Of a DNA stretch of 64,000 bases, positions 56,081 to 64,000 are shown piece after piece. Within the stretch, counting starts at the first letter, position 1. Every line of letters begins with the position of its first letter. The stretch is taken from the NCBI GenBank assembly GCA_951406725.2, contig OX597831.1, positions 9,362,001 to 9,426,000 of the forward strand, in the 5' to 3' direction. The position numbers and the translations under genes were made by a program. The notes beneath the pieces are model-generated. The model searched no databases. It was not told the DNA's origin and saw only the letters and a list, made by a program, of their open reading frames with translations. Source of the stretch: Octopus vulgaris. Lineage: Eukaryota.

Positions 56081-57074
56081 ATCCTGTTAGTCTTTATTCT
56101 CCCAAGCTTAAACTTCAATATTACGGAGGGATTCAATGGTTCAAGTGACTCAAGGGTGACCGTTGTAACAAAGGTCTCGGGACCAGTCCTTCTTCAAATC
56201 TTGCATGTCTTATACTAAGGAGCATCTCGTATATAACCCCTATACATACTACAAGATTTGTCCAGTGTGGTGCTTATAGTATTGTCACAATCCCATACAT
56301 TCCTGAAATCCCTGACACCTTAAGGCGAATACTTGCCACATTCTAATCTATTGACCGCAACCGCTACACTTATTAATGGAAGAACAGGGGTCTAACTTGT
56401 TTGACAGCAAGAAAACAGATTTAACTCTGCAATGGGTTGTCTTAGAGAAACATTTATTATTACAAAGCATAAACGAAATTTATCGCTGGAGATTAACAGA
56501 TACCGCGGAAAATGCTTTCTTTTATGAAAGTAATTATAAGAAAAACTACAGCTAGTTCAACTGACCCCAAGTGCACTTTACTCGCTCGTTAAATTCACGA
56601 GAAAAATCAGTGAAAAAGAATTGCCGATGTTTGATATCCTCATATGTAATATGAAGTATTATAAAAGTTATATTTTACAAAAAGATCACTACGAATCGAT
56701 ATTTAGACATTTATTTATAGCATCCGTCATAGATAAAAACAAACATATACGCCAGACACTTCGACATGATGCATTTAGAGGCTTCCTCAAAGTATGAAAA
56801 TGTATCTTACATATTTAATATACAGCTGGATGCAAAATCAAAGAAACTACACACACCTCAAGTCAGGTTCTTTCTCGAATAAACCCCCCAAAATGTGAAG
56901 AATAACATTTGTTTTCAGACAATTTTCACGTATGACAAACATATTTATTTAATACCTATAAATCAAACATAGTAACCCTCATCCAAAACACCTACACACA
57001 CATACATGTACACCACCACCCCCCACACACTTATACACACACACACGCACACATATACATAACTATATATATAT

Positions 57075-57235
57075 ACGACGAGCTTCTTTCAGTTTCCGTC
57101 TACCAAATCCACAAGATTTTCGTCGGCCTGAGTCTATAGTAGAAGACATTTGCCCAAGGTGCTACGCAGTGGGACTGAACGCGGAACCATGTGGTTGATA
57201 AGCAAGCTACTTTTCCACACAACCACTCCTGCGCT
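57075..57235 (-). mobile_element. SINE family B, 5' half
   Basis: ttctttcagtttccgtctaccaaatccac...cagtgggactgaac...accactcctgcgc. Confidence 0.88.
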
Positions 57236-57475
57236 TATGCAAGCAGCCAAACCTGCGCATATATATATATGTGTATGTGTGTGTGTATGTGTGTGTGCGC
57301 GTGTGTAAGTGGTGGCACGTATGGGAGTGTCTGGCATTGTTTGTGTATATGTGTGTTTTAGCTCACACACACACACATATATATATATATATACTTAATT
57401 ATATACATGCACACGTACATACTTAAATAAAGATGTATTGTTAAATTCTATACAATATATATACATATGTATTTA

Positions 57476-57518
<43 letters not shown>

Positions 57519-58029
57519 ATATATATACATATATGTGTGTGTGTGTGTGTCTACGCACACGCACACAGACACACACATTATGCTTTGAAGTTACCTTTAG
57601 CTGGATGAAACTAATGAAGGCTGCTGCAAAACACTTGTAATAATTACATCATTTTTAACCATAGTTATCCCGATAGCTTTCCTCAGTTTAAACGCCATAT
57701 TAATTTTGCTAAACGTTAACAATTACCAGAATATTCTATTTTTCGGACGCCCCCGCATATAGAGGGGATATTTATCTGAAACATAGATTTCTCGGCATCG
57801 AATTATTATGTAACTTTCTAGATGAGAGAATATATCCTCTCGTTACGCTCATATGTATATATACCGATGTATGTGTATCTGTATGTGTATGTGTTTATGT
57901 ATGTATGTTTATATGTGTGTATGGACGCATGTATACACAAACCTATGACTTGGCATATATATGTGGTAGTTTATTGCGCACGCACATAAGCTTGTATGTA
58001 TGCTTACATATGTGTTTATGTATATAAAC

Positions 58030-58069
<40 letters not shown>

Positions 58070-58100
58070 AAATATATATATATATATATATATGTATATA

Positions 58101-58264
58101 GGTTGCAGGAGAGGTAAGGAGCTTTCTTCCCAACCACACGGTTCCGGGTTCGGTTCCACTGTGTGGCGCCTTGGGCAAGTGTCTTATAATATAGCATCGG
58201 GCCGACCAAAGACTTGTGAGTGGATTTGGTAGACGGAAAGTGAAAGAAGACAGTGGTGTATTTA

Positions 58265-58311
<47 letters not shown>

Positions 58312-58376
58312 ACGTTTGTATATGTATATGTTTGTATATGCATATATATATATGCATATATATATATGTATATGTT

Positions 58377-58433
<57 letters not shown>

Positions 58434-58640
58434 GTGTGTGTGTGTATGTTTGTGTGTGTGTGTGTTTGTATGTCTGTGTTTGTTCCCCCGCCACCATCAC
58501 TTGACAACATATGTTGCTGTGTTTACGTCTTACAAAGTGTAAGTCCTGGGGTCGATTTGGTCGACTAAAGACAGTGCCCCAGCATGACCGCAGTCAAATG
58601 ACTGAAACATACAAAAGAATAAAAGAAAAGAATAAAAGAA
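58101..58640 (+). mobile_element. SINE family B with expanded internal microsatellite
   Basis: Head and tail as in 11588-12039; the internal TA/TG tract spans about 58258-58470. Confidence 0.85.
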
Positions 58641-59540
58641 CGAAGGAATATATATATACACACACACACATACATGTATTTACATAAATATATATGCATA
58701 TAAATTCATGCGTACATACGCACGTACACATATACACATATAGACACTAACGTATGTATATGAAATGTTAGATTCTTTATTATCTCTACTATTACATAAG
58801 CATATTAGAGGAAGCCTGCTGAATAGCTAGGAGGACCGACATATTGCTTAGCGGCCGACGTATTTTCCTTTTGAACCTTGCGGTGTTCATTAGAAAAGTA
58901 ACACTCAATTACTGGTGGCTCTCTGCAAAAATCTGAAACCATTATTATATAAGGAATGTAAGCTGCCAACCTCGGGAATCGTTAGACTGGGCAATACCGT
59001 ATGAAGACTGTATGTCCGTTCTGAGTTTAAATTCCTTCAGGGCTAACTTTACCTTTCATTCTTTCGGGTCCATAAAATAACTAACAGGCGATGTAATTAA
59101 CTATTTCCCTTCCGCTTAAAGCACCTGGCCTTGTGTCTCCAGCATGAAGGGTTATTATATTCAAATGTAAGGGAGCGAGCCTTTGGAGTCATTTGTAGGC
59201 GGAGATTAAGGCGGCCTTTCTTTTGGCTTTACGTTCCAAGTTCAATCTCCATGAAAATGTATCCCAGTCACCCCTTTTAATATTCCAGCTCTTGTGCCTA
59301 GAGTAGAAAAAAAAACTAGAATAAAAAATTATGGTAACTTATTATTTGCTTTATAATATCTTTAAAATTTAACTACATAATTGTATTCTAGAACAAACAA
59401 ATATGAAAATATCTCCTTCAGCCAAGACTGGCCAATTTGTTTAAATACATCTTATACTCTGCTAGGAATTGCATAGTTTTAAAATGTTTCGTTTCCTATT
59501 ATAAAACAATTGTACTCTATTATATCAATTATATATATAT

Positions 59541-59693
<153 letters not shown>

Positions 59694-60159
59694 GCGTGTG
59701 TATGTATGTATAATGTTTTAAGGCGTAAGCATGTTGCCGACACAGCTTCAACAATACTTCATAGTGTATGTACATGTTTAAATTGTTTTCGTTTATTTCC
59801 ATAGCATCTATAACGACTTAATGACAAGAGAAATTGTATTGTCAAGCAAGCATCGCCGGAATGAGTGGGTGTTCTGAAAGCAAAACATTCTGAATCCAGA
59901 AAATATTAACGAAATGCTTTATGTCGTTTAAACGGAAACAAATTTTGACGAAGCCTGTGTTTCTTCCTGTAGACATGCGTTTATTGGAAGGGCGGCACTG
60001 TCATTATAACGCTAATATAATGGAGCTTGTGTTTAACAACAGCAGATTCAGAAAACTTGTAATTAAATATTTCGCTCAATATAGTATTTAGGCTATTTCT
60101 GTTTCACCTTATCTTCAGATCCCTACTTTCTGTTTCTCTGCATATCCATCTACCCATCC

Positions 60160-60239
<80 letters not shown>

Positions 60240-60240
60240 G

Positions 60241-60274
<34 letters not shown>

Positions 60275-60418
60275 AATGTGCATACATCTATCAGATATAC
60301 ATACATATACACCTATGAAGATATACATACATATACACCTATGAATATATGCAATATATATATATGTGTGTGTGTGTGTGGGTGTGGGTGTGTATATATA
60401 TATATACATATATAAATT

Positions 60419-60463
<45 letters not shown>

Positions 60464-60470
60464 TATATAA

Positions 60471-60784
60471 GTGTGGCTTAGGGATTAGGGCATTCGGCTC
60501 ACAATCGAAACGTCGTGAGTTCATTCCCTGGTGAGGCATTGTGTCTTTGAGCAAGACACTTTATTTTTCACGTTGCTCCTGTCCACTAACCTGGCGAAAA
60601 TGAGTGGTACTTGTATTTCAAAGAGCCAGCTATATCATACGCTATGTCACACTGAATGTCCCTCAGAAGTACGTTAAGGGTACACGCGTCTGTGGAGAGC
60701 TCAGCCACTTACCTGTTAATTGCACGAGGAAGCTGTTCCGTTGATCGTATCAGCTGGGACTCTCGCCGTCGTAAGTACGGAGTG
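60471..60784 (+). mobile_element. Older CORE-like SINE, tail type 1
   Basis: gtggcttagggattagggcattcgg head, CORE-like ttgtgtctttgagcaagacactt, tail tacgttaagggtacacgcgtctgtggag. Confidence 0.85.
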
Positions 60785-60830
60785 TTTCTTTATGCATATA
60801 TATCTACACACATACACATATCTATATATG

Positions 60831-60891
<61 letters not shown>

Positions 60892-60908
60892 ACATATATA
60901 CATATATA

Positions 60909-60972
<64 letters not shown>

Positions 60973-61057
60973 GTATACATATATATATATATATATGAAT
61001 ACACACGCACCGCACACACACATACACACATATATTTATTTATATATAAACATCCCT

Positions 61058-61351
61058 CGACGAGGATTCCAGTTGTTCCGATCAACGGAAGTATCTGCTC
61101 GTTAAATTATCGAGCAAGTGGATAAGCACTCCAAAGACGCGTGTACTCTTAACATAGTTCTCAGGGAAATTCAGTGTGACACAGGCGGCCCCTTTCGAAT
61201 ACAGCTTCAACTCATTTTTGCGAGCCTAATGATCTTGAGCAACGTTAAGTAAAGTGCCTTGCTCAAAGACACAACGCGCCGTTACGAATCGAACTCACGA
61301 CCTTGCGATCATCAACCGAATACCTCTAGCTACTACGGCAAGCGCCTTCAC
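61058..61351 (-). mobile_element. Older CORE-like SINE, tail type 1, inverted relative to 60471-60784
   Basis: gatcaacggaa...aagcactccaaagacgcgtgtactcttaac...gccttgctcaaagacacaa. Confidence 0.82.
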
Positions 61352-61402
61352 GCAGATATAAATATGAGTGTATATGAAGCATCGTGTGAGACATACTTGA
61401 AC

Positions 61403-61798
61403 GGCTGTGTGGTAGGTAGCTTGTTTACCAACCACATAGTTCCGGGTTCAGTCCCACTGCGTGGCACCTTGGGCAAGTGTCTTCTACTATAGCCTCGGGC
61501 CGACCAAAGCCTTGTGAGTGGATTTGGCAGACGGAAACTGAAAGAAGCCCGTCGTATATATGTATATATATATGTGTGTGTGTTTGTGTGTCTGTGTTTG
61601 TCCCCCTAGCATTGCTTGACAACCGATGCTAGTGTGTTTATGTCCCCGTTACTTAGCGGTTCGGCAAAAGAGACCGATAGAATAAGTACTGGGCTTACAA
61701 AAGAATAAGTCCCGGGGTCGAGTTGCTCGATTAAAGGCGGTGCTCCAGCATGGCCGCAGTCAGATGACTGAAACAAGTAAAAGAGAAAAGAGAGAGAG
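61403..61798 (+). mobile_element. SINE family B, near full length
   Basis: High identity to 11588-12039. Confidence 0.92.
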
Positions 61799-62449
61799 AT
61801 TTAATTTCTTAGAAATAACTTCAATATTTCATTTTGTCACCATATTGCTTTCAAGAAGCCATTTTATTTTTACAGATGCAAATCTATGAAAGAAAATCCT
61901 GTCCAGTTATTCCGTTTTCTCGCATCGAATATATTTTCCCCGATATTATGAATTGTGATGAGAAAGTTCAACATCAATATAAATTATTTAACCTGTTAAA
62001 TTATCGAGTTCGGTTATTCACGGCAATCCTCTGTGGCTTTTTACATAATCAGAATTATGCAAACATGGCAAGCGACCTTTCATCAGTAAAACGCTATATT
62101 ATGTGAAATCGATGCGTTGTTTGCATGTCTAAATGGTTTACTTTTTCTTCCGATCCTCTAATCTTCCATAATTATTTCATGATATTACAGTTTATGTCAT
62201 TCAGCAAAAGTTACCCCTGTGGATAGCTCAAATGCGGTTTTGGAGAGTTCTAGTTTTTCTTTTATTTTTTCAGGGTGGGGTGGCGGAAGTGATAAGTAAA
62301 CGCTGTTTCTCTTTTAAATGGAAATAAATTGTTACAGGCACCTTTGTTTCTTTGTGTATGCAAATTCACTTAATGTTTGGCAAGGTCATCATAACCTAAA
62401 AGAAAACAATATTTTGCCTCTGTTTGGAATACTTATTCTTGTCTGTTAG

Positions 62450-62832
<383 letters not shown>

Positions 62833-63159
62833 CATGAATAAGACCGATCGCTTCAGAAAATCTGTCACAGTTATAAATATTTTAGTGTTTGCCTCAGTCT
62901 TTTTTCCATATGATTGCTTATCTGTCATCGAGATCGGGGCAGATATATGTATATATATGTATATATATATATCTACACGCAGCTCCATACGCATTATGTT
63001 GGAATCGCCGACTCATCTCCCATTGGAGAAGTTAATAATTATGGAGTCTAATAAATACTTGCTAGCTTTTGGCCGTTTGCGTCACCTAGCTTTCATTATT
63101 TCTATACGAGCAGACATCACTCTGTGTTTAACCAGTTGTCTTCGCAACCACATCTTTCT

Positions 63160-63364
63160 CTTTTATCTTTTTATTTGCTGCAGTCATTAAAATGAGCCCA
63201 TGCTGGGGCACCGCCTCTAATGAATCGACGCCAGTGGGGTATTTATATTTCAGGGCCTTCAGCTTGTTCTGTCGTTCTAATAGCAGAACCGCTGATTTAC
63301 GGGGACTTAAACACCAGTTGTCAAGCGTTGTGTAGGGCAAACACAGACACACAGATGCACACAT

Positions 63365-63398
<34 letters not shown>

Positions 63399-63617
63399 CC
63401 ATCTCTTATTCTTTACTCGTTTCAGTCATTTGGCTGCGGCCATGCTAGAACACTGTTTGAAGAGTTTTGAGTCGAATTATCGCCCACAGTGCTTATTTTA
63501 TATTGACTGGTTGTCATTCTACCGGATTCTTTTGCCAAACCGCCAAATTACAAGGATGTTAACACACCAACACCGGTTGTTAAGCGGTGGTCATGGGGCA
63601 AACATAGATATAAAGAC

Positions 63618-63620
<3 letters not shown>
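63160..63620 (-). mobile_element. Two SINE family B 3' halves
   Basis: ccatgctggggcaccgcct...ttacggggacttaaacacc and gtttcagtcatttggctgcggccatgctag...acaccaacaccggttg. Confidence 0.8.
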
Positions 63621-63675
<55 letters not shown>

Positions 63676-63679
<4 letters not shown>

Positions 63680-63907
63680 TTTAGCGGAGAAATAGGGGGA
63701 GAAATAGTAGTCGAATACCTGAGGTAGAGTAATATGCTTTATTAAAGAGCAATAAAAATATCACAAAAACTGTTACTCAGAGTTTCACGTTCCGTTTGTC
63801 GGACAGTTTTGTTTAGAATCTAGATTCTAAATAAAACTGTCCGACGAACGGGAACGTGAAACTCTGAGTAAGAGTTTTTGTGATATGTTTACTGCTTTTT
63901 AATAAAG

Positions 63908-63914
<7 letters not shown>
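63676..63914. mobile_element. Palindromic PLE-type terminal repeat carrying two inverted hammerhead motifs, embedded in (TA)n
   Basis: 63730-63821 is the near-perfect reverse complement of 63822-63914, with no spacer (centre agaatctagattct). AATAAA follows each hammerhead. Confidence 0.8.
63833..63878 (+). ncRNA. Minimal type-I hammerhead ribozyme (CCGACGA variant core)
   Basis: aaaactgt-CCGACGA-acg(ggaa)cgt-GAAA-ctc(t)ga-GTA-agagtttt. The inverted copy at 63766-63810 has a perfect 8-bp stem I (aaaactgt/acagtttt). Confidence 0.72.
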
Positions 63915-63948
<34 letters not shown>

Positions 63949-64000
63949 AAAATAAGCAACAAGTATATCTTCGGTAATTTGGTACGATCGTTTCATACTA

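Noticed and set aside
61834-62106. 90-aa ORF with DIMNCDEK, resembling mariner IVTCDEKW
   Set aside because: Single motif with no flanking transposase motifs; not supportable as a gene or a transposase.

Overview
AT-rich, microsatellite-saturated eukaryotic non-coding DNA. The SINE families and the very high (TA)n/(AAT)n/(TCTA)n load look like an octopus/coleoid cephalopod genome; this comes from recall and was not verified by a search. I find no intact host protein-coding gene, and most long ORFs in the track are microsatellite translations. What I can support: (i) many copies of about three tRNA-derived SINE families, several with clear target-site duplications and one in a 4 x 184-bp head-truncated concatemer; (ii) decayed Tc1/mariner transposases, including a near full-length mariner split by a SINE and an internally deleted maT/DD37D-like element; (iii) several Penelope-like element (PLE) RT relics; (iv) a Helitron/Helentron-like end and a MITE inside a TA tract; (v) at least six type-I hammerhead-ribozyme-like motifs, several with a CCGANGA variant core, mostly in fold-back elements next to (TA)n tracts; (vi) short unique islands between SSR tracts carrying clustered homeodomain/Meis/E-box motifs, which are candidate enhancers. 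All protein similarities were judged by eye from manual translations and need HMM confirmation. Coordinates of degenerate copies are approximate.
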